Below are positions 1 through 8,962 of a stretch of DNA of 64,000 nucleotides, in pieces. The first letter of the stretch is position 1. Each line of letters begins with the position of its first letter. The translations under genes were made by a program, and so were the position numbers. A model generated the notes under the pieces. It had not been told where the DNA came from. It made no database searches and saw only the letters and a program-made list of their open reading frames with translations. The stretch is from Thermodesulfovibrionales bacterium (lineage in GTDB: Bacteria > Nitrospirota > Thermodesulfovibrionia > Thermodesulfovibrionales > SM23-35): contig JASEEX010000002.1 in NCBI GenBank assembly GCA_030019415.1, forward strand, positions 3,823 to 67,822, in the 5' to 3' direction.

Positions 1-157
1 GACGGTTAAAAACCCTCAGGAGCGTTGTCTTACCGCTCTTGGCTGGCCCCATAATCCCGAGGATGCTATTCGTCTCAACCGTTAGATTGAGATCTGACAG
101 CACTTTGTGATTGTTATAATAGAAGTTGAGGTCTTTGACCACAATCTTTGCTGACAT
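1..157 (-). CDS. pstB: Phosphate ABC transporter ATP-binding protein PstB, N-terminal fragment (continues past window start)
   Basis: Reverse-strand ATG at 155-157. My translation is MSAKIVVKDLNFYYNNHKVLSDLNLTVETNSILGIMGPAKSGKTTLLRVFNR, which has a Walker A loop. It lies directly downstream of pstS-pstC-pstA on the same strand. Confidence 0.8.
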   Translation of the reverse strand, partial: MSAKIVVKDLNFYYNNHKVLSDLNLTVETNSILGIMGPAKSGKTTLLRVFNR

Positions 158-176
158 GACTCACCTACATACATTA

Positions 177-1016
177 TCACATTTTTCTGAGAAATTGCCG
201 CATGATGTAATAAGCACTGAGGTTAATAAAAAGAATGGAAAGGATTAAAATAGCTGCTGTCCCGTAAGCATTGGGCATGGATATTCCCTCCCTGGCCAGA
301 ATATAAAAATGGACAGCCATTGTTCTCCCGGAATCAAGTAACGATTGTGGAAGCCTGAGCGAAGAACCCACGGTGAAGATAATGACAGCTGTTTCTTCGA
401 TACATCTTGCAACGCCTAAGACTATCCCGGTTACGATTCCGGGAAGGGCACTGGGTAAAACTACTTTAGTAACAGTTTGCCATTTAGTTACGCCTAAAGA
501 AAAACTTACCTCCCTCAGTTCATGAGGGACAGCCTTTATGGCCTCCTCGCTGGTCCGAATAATTGTGGGCAGAAGCATAATAGACATGGTCATACCCCCG
601 GAAAGGATAGACCACCCTAAGCGAAGGGCCATTACAAAGAAGGCAAACCCAAATAACCCCAGGATAATGGAAGGGATACCGGCCAGACATTCGGTTCCGA
701 AACGGATGATGTGGGTAACCCGGCTCTCTCTGGTATACTCAGTAAGATAGATAGCTGCACCAATACCCAGGGGTATGGCGATCATAAGGGAGACGAATAT
801 AAGGTATAAGGTGCACACGATAGTGGAAAAAATTCCACCAGAACGGCCCATATCTACCGGATTTGAGGTCAGAAATTCAAGGGTTATCTGTGGTAGCCCT
901 TTGACGGAGATAAAGCAGATGATAAAAACTAATATACCTATAGTAAAACCTGTAAGGCCCCAGAGTTGTGCCTTGATCACGCGCTGTATCAATACTGGGT
1001 TTATTCTCTTCGCCAT
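177..1016 (-). CDS. pstA: Phosphate ABC transporter permease PstA
   Basis: 279-aa polytopic protein with a binding-protein-dependent permease signature region (EEAIKAVPHELREVSFSLGVTKWQT). It overlaps pstC by 16 nt within the pst operon. Confidence 0.85.
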   Translation of the reverse strand: MAKRINPVLIQRVIKAQLWGLTGFTIGILVFIICFISVKGLPQITLEFLTSNPVDMGRSGGIFSTIVCTLYLIFVSLMIAIPLGIGAAIYLTEYTRESRVTHIIRFGTECLAGIPSIILGLFGFAFFVMALRLGWSILSGGMTMSIMLLPTIIRTSEEAIKAVPHELREVSFSLGVTKWQTVTKVVLPSALPGIVTGIVLGVARCIEETAVIIFTVGSSLRLPQSLLDSGRTMAVHFYILAREGISMPNAYGTAAILILSILFINLSAYYIMRQFLRKM

Positions 1017-1846
1017 CTCTTTGTGATGATATTTGCAGTGACATTAAAGATCATTATAAAAATGAATAAGACAATCCCTGTGGCAAAGAGGGCAGCCCGA
1101 TGGTCACCTGCTGCGTAACCCATTTCTAAGGCTATATTGCTTGTCAATGTCCGCACCGGGCTTAAGGGGGAGCTGGGAATCTTAAGGGCATTGCCGGCCA
1201 CCATGATCACAGCCATGGTCTCCCCGATGGCCCTGGCCATTCCAAGCATGATAGCAGTAATAATCCCCGAACGGGCTGCTTTTAAAATAACCATGCGGAT
1301 AGTTTGCCAGTGAGTAGCCCCTAAGGCAAGGGAGCCCTCTTTATAACTGTAAGGAACCGCCTGGATGGCATCTATAGAGATGCTTGTGATGGTGGGTAAG
1401 ATCATAATGGCAAGGATAATCGAACAAGCAAGAAGGGAAAGCCCTGGCCCTCCTAAATAATCCCTGATTAAGGGGACTAAAAGAACGACACCCAAAAAAC
1501 CATAAACAACAGAAGGGATTCCAGCCAGAAGCTCTATAGTTGGTTTTAAGATAACCATTAATCGCTGAGGAGCGAACTCTGCTAAGGTGATAGCACAGGC
1601 TAAGGCCAATGGAACGCCTATAATCAGAGCCCCTGTCGTCACAAACAAAGAAGAGACAATCATGGAAAAGATCCCGAAATAACCCTTGGTCGGAGCCCAG
1701 TGGGTACTGAAAAGGAAATTCTTTAACCCTACCTTGAATATGATGGGCATACCTTCTTTAAAGATAAAGACTGCCATTAAGAGCAGGGCTCCAATAGCTG
1801 AAAAAGCCAGGAGCATTAAAATCTTTTCAATTATCTTCTCTTTCAT
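1001..1846 (-). CDS. pstC: Phosphate ABC transporter permease PstC
   Basis: 281-aa polytopic permease with the motif DAIQAVPYSYKEGSLALGATHWQT. It lies between pstS and pstA. Confidence 0.85.
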   Translation of the reverse strand: MKEKIIEKILMLLAFSAIGALLLMAVFIFKEGMPIIFKVGLKNFLFSTHWAPTKGYFGIFSMIVSSLFVTTGALIIGVPLALACAITLAEFAPQRLMVILKPTIELLAGIPSVVYGFLGVVLLVPLIRDYLGGPGLSLLACSIILAIMILPTITSISIDAIQAVPYSYKEGSLALGATHWQTIRMVILKAARSGIITAIMLGMARAIGETMAVIMVAGNALKIPSSPLSPVRTLTSNIALEMGYAAGDHRAALFATGIVLFIFIMIFNVTANIITKRWRRE

Positions 1847-1885
1847 AGTTCTTTACCCCGTTAGATAATAAATATCTAATGGGGT

Positions 1886-2683
1886 TTACCGGATACCAAC
1901 CAACCCTTCCCTTTCCAATATCCCCTGACCTTCAGAACTCAATATGAAATCTATGAAATCTCTGGCTAATCCATGTGGTTCTTCTTCGGTCACAAAGAGG
2001 AAAGGGCGGGTAAGTTCATATCTTTTTTCCTTGATCGTTCCCAGGTTGGGTTCTACCCCGTCAATAGATAAGGCTTTGACCCGCTTGTCTACAATGCCAT
2101 ATGAGATATATCCAATGGCATGAGGATCATGAGCAACGATCTCCCTCACAGAACCGTTTGAATCTTCAACTAAGGCTTCATCAGAAATAGGGACATCGTG
2201 CATAACCATCTCTTCAAAAGCATTTCTGGTTCCTGAACCTTCCTCTCGGGTGACAAAATGTATACGTTTATGCACCCATCCCAATTCAGACCAGTATCTA
2301 ATTTTACCTGCAAAGATATCTCTGAGATGGGTGAGATTAAGGTTGTGGATATTATTCTTTGGGTGGACTATAATTGCTATGCCGTCCCAGGCAATGACAA
2401 TTCTTTTTAGATCTTTTTCTTCTTCCATCAATTCACGAGAACATGTACCAATATCAGCCGCCTCGCCTCTAACTGACCTGATGCCCGCTGTCGAACCCCC
2501 TCCTTGAACATTAATGATTACTCCCCGATGATGCTCCATATAAATCTCAGCCAACTTCTCGGCAAAGGGCTGAATAGAGGTTGAACCAGCAATAGTAATA
2601 ACTACTCCCTCTTTGTTTGAAGGCCTGCAGCCTAAGAGGGCTATTAGAAAGAAAAAAATCAGATAAAGGCGTAGAAATATCAT
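1886..2683 (-). CDS. pstS: Phosphate-binding lipoprotein PstS (PBP superfamily)
   Basis: Periplasmic phosphate-binding fold motifs (IAGSTSIQP, GSGTRNAFEE). I place the start at the internal ATG at 2683, giving MIFLRLYLIFFFLIALLGC with a lipobox, preceded by AGGAGA. The longer track ORF (to 2725) would run into the Pho-box-like repeats. Confidence 0.8.
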   Translation of the reverse strand: MIFLRLYLIFFFLIALLGCRPSNKEGVVITIAGSTSIQPFAEKLAEIYMEHHRGVIINVQGGGSTAGIRSVRGEAADIGTCSRELMEEEKDLKRIVIAWDGIAIIVHPKNNIHNLNLTHLRDIFAGKIRYWSELGWVHKRIHFVTREEGSGTRNAFEEMVMHDVPISDEALVEDSNGSVREIVAHDPHAIGYISYGIVDKRVKALSIDGVEPNLGTIKEKRYELTRPFLFVTEEEPHGLARDFIDFILSSEGQGILEREGLVGIR

Positions 2684-2726
2684 CAATCTCCTATCTTTAT
2701 AAAATACTATAAAATACCATTTCAAT

Positions 2727-2766
2727 TATTAAAGTTATGTTATAGTTTTGTTAAATTTCTGTTACA
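2727..2766 (-). promoter_or_regulatory. Pho-box-like array: four 7-nt direct repeats at 11-bp phasing upstream of pstS
   Basis: The gene-sense strand reads TGTAACA-gaaa-TTTAACA-aaac-TATAACA-taac-TTTAATA. On the plus strand the repeats are tattaaa 2727-2733, tgttata 2738-2744, tgttaaa 2749-2755 and tgttaca 2760-2766. The array ends 44 nt before the proposed pstS ATG. It resembles the TT(A/T/C)ACA direct-repeat architecture bound by PhoP/PhoB-type regulators. Confidence 0.45.
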
Positions 2767-2790
2767 TATCCCATCTCCTGCATCTTGAGA

Positions 2791-4065
2791 TTAATAAGCA
2801 ACCTGCAAAGTTAGCTGCACTCTTTTATCGTCCGATTTACCGGACTGCTTATAATCCACAGTATCATAATCAAGAAGAACCATATTTTTATGCTGTTTGT
2901 CTATATGATAAGCAACACCTGCAATATACCTTCTATTCTCGTCATTTTTTATATCATCATTTGGGTCAAAGAAATCATATCGGCCGATGATGCCAAACTT
3001 CTTATGAGGTTTTAATTCGGCAAAGAAGGAATAACCATCTTTATCATTCTTATCATTACCTTTTTGATTACCCTTGCCCCAATAATATTGGCCTGTTAAG
3101 GTAATATATCCATGCTCAAAGCTCGCAAATCCAAGGTTCACTCTCCAGTCAGGATCGGTGTCCTTATTTCCTTTTCCGGTTATCCCGAAGTAAGAGAACT
3201 GAAGTCCGGGAATAACGCCAGGTAGAGGCCTTAGTGTCAGTCTGCCTTCTAGGACCTTGTTTTCATTCTTTTCATGTGCATGGTATCCACCACCATTATA
3301 AATTCCTAAAGACATACTTCCATAACGACCAGGATAGTAACTGCTTACCTTGTTCTTATAATCTTCGTTCATCTCCCCTCCAAACAAGGAGACAAATGTT
3401 AAACCTATGTCTGCTGAATTAAAGGTTTCATTCCGCTCGAGGAACATGGTGTCCTGACAGCGGTAAAAATTCACATGCTCTTCATAGTCGAGCCACGGCA
3501 TGTGAACGACTCCGACTTCGATGAAAGGTTTTGTGAAGAAGGCAAGATCCGGAAGATTAAACTTTCCATAGAGGTATTTAATCCTTACACTGATAGACCC
3601 ATCCAGACTGCTTCCGGCATCGGATACAGTTGTTATATCTGGAGTTATGCGGGCGCTAAACCAAGGGGTAAACTCTTTATATACGTTTAAGTACCCCCGT
3701 TTCGCAACAAACTTACTGTATCCATCACCACCCGTGGTATTCCCAGTTTCTCCGTCCTGATAAGAGAGATACCACAAGTATCCAAATTTCCAACCTTTAA
3801 GTGCCTTAACTAATTTTCCGATTTCCTTCCCCTCTACAGGAACCGCCTCCTTTACCTTCTCTACAATCTTCTCCTCAATTTTCTTCTCCTTTTCGACTTT
3901 TCCCCTCTCCATTTCCTCCATTACTGATATTGCGTCTTCTTTAGTAAGGACACCCCTTTCTACCAGTTTTTTGAGTATAGGGTTTGTGATTTCCGCAGCT
4001 ATTGCAGTTTCCGTTAACCATAGAAAGCTGCAGAGCCCTAAAACCAAAACTAACAGTTTCATCAT
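2791..4065 (-). CDS. Outer-membrane porin, putatively phosphate-selective (OprO/OprP-like)
   Basis: Signal peptide MMKLLVLVLGLCSFLWLTETAIAAE, a charged coiled N-terminal segment, then alternating beta-strand-like sequence ending in ...LTLQVAY. It sits between phoR and pstS. The family assignment comes from context and general features only. Confidence 0.55.
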   Translation of the reverse strand: MMKLLVLVLGLCSFLWLTETAIAAEITNPILKKLVERGVLTKEDAISVMEEMERGKVEKEKKIEEKIVEKVKEAVPVEGKEIGKLVKALKGWKFGYLWYLSYQDGETGNTTGGDGYSKFVAKRGYLNVYKEFTPWFSARITPDITTVSDAGSSLDGSISVRIKYLYGKFNLPDLAFFTKPFIEVGVVHMPWLDYEEHVNFYRCQDTMFLERNETFNSADIGLTFVSLFGGEMNEDYKNKVSSYYPGRYGSMSLGIYNGGGYHAHEKNENKVLEGRLTLRPLPGVIPGLQFSYFGITGKGNKDTDPDWRVNLGFASFEHGYITLTGQYYWGKGNQKGNDKNDKDGYSFFAELKPHKKFGIIGRYDFFDPNDDIKNDENRRYIAGVAYHIDKQHKNMVLLDYDTVDYKQSGKSDDKRVQLTLQVAY

Positions 4066-4180
4066 AATCTGTCTTCCCTTCGATGAAATTATTAACACAA
4101 CCCCATTAAATGTCTTACGCTGTCACGCATGACTCGCCACTAATTTAATATTTGATTGTTAAAGGAGTATTAAGGCGAGA

Positions 4181-5536
4181 TTAAATTTTGGTTACGGATG
4201 GAATTATGATTTTTACCTTGGTCTCCCCGCCCTGAGTGCTTTCGATCTCCATCTCCCAGCCGTGTGCCTTTACGAGATGTTTGACAATTGCAAGGCCGAG
4301 GCCTGTACCACCAAGCTCTCTTGAACGTGCTCTATCGACCCTGTAAAATCTCTCACCAAGGCGGGAGAGGTGTTTCCTGGGGATACCGATTCCCGTGTCC
4401 TCTACTGATATAACGAAGACGTTTTTCTCTTCTTCACTTTTAATTTTTAACTTTTCTCTTTTCACTTTTACTGTTACTCCTCCTTCTTCTGTAAACTTAA
4501 TTCCATTATCCACAAGATTGAGGAGTATCTGAATCAAGCGATCCCTGTCTGCTTTGGTCTCTTGTGCGTTGGGAGATATCTCTTTTTTCAAGTAAAGCCC
4601 CTTGTTTTTTGCCTTCCCTCTTAGGGTTGCAAATACCGTATCAACAACATTGTCAAGATTCACATCCATTTTTTGTATTTTTATATCACCAAGCTCTATT
4701 CTTGAGAGCGTAAGTAAATCACTTACAAGGGAATTCATGCGCTCACTGTGGGTTCTTATCGTCTCAAGGAACTTGCGTGCATTTTCTTTATCATCAATCG
4801 CTCCTTCGAGAAGTGTTTCAGCAAAACCTTTTATTGCGGTAATAGGTGTCTTTATTTCATGAGAGACATTTGCTACAAAATCCTTTCTCATATCCTCAAG
4901 TTGTTTTAGCCCTGTAATATCATAAAATGTTAAAACTACCCCTGATACTTCCCCTTTTACTGAAAAAGGTGCTGCAGTGGCCACCAGATAAAGTTCTCTC
5001 GGGTGGGTAACTTCGATCTCTAAGGATATCGTCTCTTCGGTTTTAACCACCCTATCAATTACCTCCATAAGTTCTGCCTTCCTCAGGGTCTCCATCAGTG
5101 TCCTGCCTTCGATATTGGATTCGACACCGAAAAAGTTCTTGATAGCTGAATTACTTAAGAGTATCCTGCCTTTGGTATCTGTCAACATTAATCCGTCAGA
5201 CATGTTCATGAGGATAGCCTCTATCTTATATTTCTCCTCCTCACCCTCTTTGAGCCTCGTCTCGAAATTCTGAGCCAGATCATTGATATTCTTTGCAAGT
5301 TCTCCAATTGCGCCTTTTCCCTTCAAGAAAAGACTTTTTCTGAAATCTCCTGATGTTATCGAACCTGAGAATTCTGCTATCTCACTTATAGCCTTTTCTA
5401 CCCGCTTGATCTCAAGAAGGCTAATAACGATGGTAGCTAAAAGTGCAGACAGTAAATAATATTCGATACCTGCCAGCAAAAAAGGAGAAAATATCAGATA
5501 GGCTAAAAGAATACTTTTTAATAATCCAGCCTTCAC
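4181..5536 (-). CDS. phoR: Phosphate-regulon sensor histidine kinase (PhoR-like; HAMP-PAS-HisKA-HATPase)
   Basis: H-box FVANVSHEIKTPITAI, N box LLNLVDNGIKFT, G boxes DTGIGIP and GGTGLGLAIVK. Two N-terminal TM segments. The start overlaps the phoB stop. Confidence 0.8.
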   Translation of the reverse strand: MKAGLLKSILLAYLIFSPFLLAGIEYYLLSALLATIVISLLEIKRVEKAISEIAEFSGSITSGDFRKSLFLKGKGAIGELAKNINDLAQNFETRLKEGEEEKYKIEAILMNMSDGLMLTDTKGRILLSNSAIKNFFGVESNIEGRTLMETLRKAELMEVIDRVVKTEETISLEIEVTHPRELYLVATAAPFSVKGEVSGVVLTFYDITGLKQLEDMRKDFVANVSHEIKTPITAIKGFAETLLEGAIDDKENARKFLETIRTHSERMNSLVSDLLTLSRIELGDIKIQKMDVNLDNVVDTVFATLRGKAKNKGLYLKKEISPNAQETKADRDRLIQILLNLVDNGIKFTEEGGVTVKVKREKLKIKSEEEKNVFVISVEDTGIGIPRKHLSRLGERFYRVDRARSRELGGTGLGLAIVKHLVKAHGWEMEIESTQGGETKVKIIIPSVTKI

Positions 5537-6234
5537 ATCTTGCCTTCAAAATAGTAGCCTATTCCGCGCAAAGTCTTGATATACACTGGGTTAGCCGGGT
5601 CTTCCTCAATATGAGCCCTTAACCTCCTGATATGCACATCAACTGTTCTCAGTTCAACAAAAGCCTCATCACGCCATATCGCATCAAGGAACTGATCCCG
5701 ACTGAATACCTTTCCTCTCTTTTCAGCAAGATAAAGAAGGAGCTTAAACTCTGTTGCACTTAGTTTTACAGGCTTTCCTTTAATAGAAACTGTATATCTC
5801 TCTCTGTTTATTTCCAATTCTCCAATTTTCAGTATCTTCTCGGTTACAGGTTTTTCTGCTGACCTCCTGAGGACAGCTTTTACCCTTGTTACGAGTTCCC
5901 TGGGACTGAACGGCTTTATCATATAGTCATCGGCCCCCATCTCAAGGCCGAGTATCCTGTCGACTTCTTCTCCCTTTGCAGTAAGCATGATAATGGGCAA
6001 TCCTTCTGTTTTTGGATCGTTTCGTAGAATTCGACAGAGTTCCATACCCTGTAGCCCCGGGAGCATGAGATCGAGGACGATGAGGTCATATCTACCCTTT
6101 TTTATCTTATTGATGGCAACCTCACCATCTAAGGCTGAGTCCACAATAAAGCCTTCTTTCTTTAGATTATATGATACAAGCTCAACAAGGTCAGCCTCAT
6201 CATCAACAACGAGGATATGTTCTGGTGGATCCAT
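5533..6234 (-). CDS. phoB: OmpR/PhoB-family response regulator
   Basis: Receiver domain (ILVVDDE ... DLIVLDLMLPG ... MLTAK) plus a winged-helix C-terminus (LTATEFKLLLYLA ... RTVDVHIRRLR ... IKTLRGIGY). It is adjacent to phoR and pst. Confidence 0.8.
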   Translation of the reverse strand: MDPPEHILVVDDEADLVELVSYNLKKEGFIVDSALDGEVAINKIKKGRYDLIVLDLMLPGLQGMELCRILRNDPKTEGLPIIMLTAKGEEVDRILGLEMGADDYMIKPFSPRELVTRVKAVLRRSAEKPVTEKILKIGELEINRERYTVSIKGKPVKLSATEFKLLLYLAEKRGKVFSRDQFLDAIWRDEAFVELRTVDVHIRRLRAHIEEDPANPVYIKTLRGIGYYFEGKM

Positions 6235-7328
6235 TACTTTTCAAAAGCTTGTTCTTGTAACAGTTTCTTTATCATCTTATTATCAACTCCTCTATAGATT
6301 CTTACACTTCCGATCTTTTCAGGCAAAATAAACTTCAACTCCCCTGCAACCGCCTTTTTGTCAAGCTCCATGGATGAAAGGATGTGCCTTATGTCTATAT
6401 CTGCTGGCATTTCTGAGGGTAGACCATATGATTCTACAAGAGACTTTATCCTTAATACCTTATTATTGTCAATAAAGGTGAGCATGCTGGAGAGCCTTGC
6501 CTCAAGGCACATCCCGATCGCAACCGCCTCTCCGTGAAGATATTTCTTGTATTCTGTAACAGTCTCTATTGCGTGTCCGGTAGTATGGCCATAATTCAAG
6601 ATTACTCTTAACCCTGACTCTCTTTCATCCCTTGATACTACCTCTGCCTTTATCTCACATGAACGTTTAATAATATGAGTTAGAGCATCCCTATCAAGGC
6701 TAAGAATTTTGTTTTTGTTGACTCCCAGAAAATCAAATAATTTCTCATCCCATATCACACCATATTTAATCACCTCAGCAAGACCAGCCAATAATTCTTT
6801 TTTAGGCAGGGTTTTAAGTGTCTCCACATCAATCCAGACAAGCCTTGGCTGCCAGAAAGTGCCTATCATATTCTTACCGAGTTTGTGGTTAACACCTGTC
6901 TTACCCCCAACAGAACTATCCACCTGAGCAAGAAGCGTTGTCGGGACCTGGATATAGGAAATTCCTCTCATATATGTAGATGCTGCAAATCCTGTTATAT
7001 CACCTATAACTCCACCTCCGAGTGCGATAAGTGCTGATGACCTATCGAGTTTATGCTTGAGAAGCTCGTCATATATATGCTGCACCCAAAGAAGATCCTT
7101 GTATTCCTCACCATCAGGTATAGTTACAGTAAGTAGATCAAACCCTGCCTTCTTTACCGAGTCTGATACACATTTACCATAAAGTGAAAAAACAGTTGGA
7201 TTACTCACTATGGCAATCCTCGGGCTCAGGCCAAAGGATTTGAGGTTATCCCCGATCCCTCTGAGGATATCGCTTCCAATAACTATATCATAACTTCTCT
7301 CAGCAAGTTCAACCCTTATCTTTTCCAT
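6234..7328 (-). CDS. aroB: 3-dehydroquinate synthase
   Basis: Typical AroB motifs: GGGVIGDITGFAASTYMRGI, VPTTLLAQVDSSVGGKTGVN, and HTTGHAIE ... HGEAVAIGM. I prefer the ATG at 7328; the track ORF begins at a TTG at 7343. Confidence 0.9.
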   Translation of the reverse strand: MEKIRVELAERSYDIVIGSDILRGIGDNLKSFGLSPRIAIVSNPTVFSLYGKCVSDSVKKAGFDLLTVTIPDGEEYKDLLWVQHIYDELLKHKLDRSSALIALGGGVIGDITGFAASTYMRGISYIQVPTTLLAQVDSSVGGKTGVNHKLGKNMIGTFWQPRLVWIDVETLKTLPKKELLAGLAEVIKYGVIWDEKLFDFLGVNKNKILSLDRDALTHIIKRSCEIKAEVVSRDERESGLRVILNYGHTTGHAIETVTEYKKYLHGEAVAIGMCLEARLSSMLTFIDNNKVLRIKSLVESYGLPSEMPADIDIRHILSSMELDKKAVAGELKFILPEKIGSVRIYRGVDNKMIKKLLQEQAFEK

Positions 7329-7387
7329 ATTTTTAAGCCCCAAAAATTCTTAAGAATCGTTTTTGCTATTTGCATATTCTGCCTATA

Positions 7388-7498
7388 TTATCCTCTCAAA
7401 TGTCTCAATTGTGCTTGCCGTAAAAGTTTCCCCTTCTCACCAAAGCTGGTAAAGGATTTGCCAATATGAAGGTCTGAGATATGAAGTATTTTAGGCAT
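7388..7498 (-). pseudogene. 36-codon remnant resembling the N-terminus of a calcineurin-like metallophosphoesterase (SbcD/Mre11-type motif I)
   Basis: My translation from the ATG at 7496-7498 is MPKILHISDLHIGKSFTSFGEKGKLLRQAQLRHLRG, followed by a stop. ILHISDLHIG matches phosphoesterase motif I (DxH). The piece is far too short to be functional. It lies at the left edge of the island. Confidence 0.35.
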
Positions 7499-7540
7499 GG
7501 ATTATATAGATATAATCTTTAGTATATTTTAAGCCATTAC

Positions 7541-8962
7541 TCATTTAATGCTTATAGCAGGCAAGTCTTCTTTAAATTCACTGTCCATGAGATTAATTTG
7601 TTTCCTTATGATGCCTCTTTTCTCTAAGGCAGGTTTTAGACAAAAGTTTTCAAAATCTGTTTTATCAATCTCATCTGGGCTTTTAACATTTGGAAACAAA
7701 AGTTTTAAATAAGCAGTTGCTAATCTCTTTATTGCAATAGTATCTCGTGTATCAGCATTTTTTGGCACATCTAATAACTCACTCACTATTGCTGCAAAAT
7801 CAGATATTTCTCGCAAAGAGTGTAGGGTTTCAGAAAAGTATTCAACATTCAATGTATAGCCTCTTACTTTTAGACTTTCATTTATTCGTGGTAGTCTCCA
7901 ACCTTCAATAAACCCATGAAAACGGTCTAATAAAGCGGAGTCCCGGAAAAAATCAGGTAATTCAGTGAAATACTTCCTATTGAGAGGCTTTTTATCGCTA
8001 TCTAAGGGAATGTTGCCTAATAATATCAAACCAGCGGCAGATGTCTGCCTCACATTGGCTACAGTAAAAATTCCTGATTCCAAATAATTTTTTAAGGCAC
8101 CTCTCAATTCATTTTCATCAGAAAACCTTATGGTTTGAATTTCGTCCATCGAAACAAAATCATACATCGTGATTATGCCCATCGTATTTTTAGATACATC
8201 ATAAAATAACTTTGCTCTTGTAACAGTACCTCCGCTTATTAACCAGCCATATTTGCTTATGTTGCCAAAAATATAAGACTTCCCTGTTCCCTTTGGGGCA
8301 AGCTCTACTATGTTAAGTCGGGGCTCTACAAGTATCAGCAATCGGCTGATAAATAATAATTTTTGAGTTAAGCTATCAAAACCGTCAGGATTATATTCCA
8401 TTGACCTGATTAGTAAATCCATCCATTCTTCAGTGTTATATTCTTTTCTAACATTTCTAAAATATTCAACATCTACATCATAAGGCTTGAATGGCTTATA
8501 ATCCGTAAGTTCAATTACACCCTTTTCTTTCCCTTGAGGTGGAGTATATGCTAATCTTGCTACTCCCCAAACTTCGCCGCCCTTTAATTCAGCATGTCTT
8601 TTAGCTATATAAGTAGGAACCTTGCCTTCATTTAACTTTATACCCATATCTGGGATAGAAAACCTCAATACGCCGGTTTTTACTTCAGGCTCAATAACAA
8701 GCCTGGTTAATATAACAATTTCTTCGGCATCGTTTATCATTCTGCCCTTAATCTTGCTATTTTTCTGAGGGATGTGGTCATTGAGAAATCTCAATAAGGC
8801 TTCTGAATCAAGTGTCCCATCAATATCTGTAAACTTTTTTATTAACCAATCCTTTATAAAAGAAGGAATATTTTTGCCAGAAAATACACTATATCTTTCA
8901 GGAATTTTATAAACTGATTCCTCAGGGAAGGTATCTCTAATCTTTTTGTCTAATTCGTTCAT
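7541..8962 (-). CDS. brxL: BrxL-like AAA+ ATPase (short form, no recognisable Lon-protease domain)
   Basis: 473 aa with Walker A ELAPKGTGKSY and Walker B-like DFVSMDEIQ. The N-terminus (IPSFIKDWLIKKF) is of the type I recall for the BrxL / TIGR02688-like family. It has an ATGA overlap with pglZ. Confidence 0.7.
   Translation of the reverse strand: MNELDKKIRDTFPEESVYKIPERYSVFSGKNIPSFIKDWLIKKFTDIDGTLDSEALLRFLNDHIPQKNSKIKGRMINDAEEIVILTRLVIEPEVKTGVLRFSIPDMGIKLNEGKVPTYIAKRHAELKGGEVWGVARLAYTPPQGKEKGVIELTDYKPFKPYDVDVEYFRNVRKEYNTEEWMDLLIRSMEYNPDGFDSLTQKLLFISRLLILVEPRLNIVELAPKGTGKSYIFGNISKYGWLISGGTVTRAKLFYDVSKNTMGIITMYDFVSMDEIQTIRFSDENELRGALKNYLESGIFTVANVRQTSAAGLILLGNIPLDSDKKPLNRKYFTELPDFFRDSALLDRFHGFIEGWRLPRINESLKVRGYTLNVEYFSETLHSLREISDFAAIVSELLDVPKNADTRDTIAIKRLATAYLKLLFPNVKSPDEIDKTDFENFCLKPALEKRGIIRKQINLMDSEFKEDLPAISIK

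Noticed and set aside
2684-2725. Longer 5' extensions offered by the ORF track: pstS to 2725, bioW to 22203, serS to 25749, mnmG to 52744, and the 44216 and 48190 starts
   Set aside because: The extensions add non-conserved residues before canonical N-termini, lack an SD, or begin at TTG. In the pstS case the extension overlaps the Pho-box-like array. Internal starts fit the homologues better.
4099-4180. E. coli-type Pho box (CTGTCAC) upstream of the porin gene
   Set aside because: There is only a single CTGTCAC half-site (about 4120-4127), on the non-coding orientation and with no phased partner. The TGTTAAA/TATTAAG pair at 4157-4174 is the better, though still weak, candidate.
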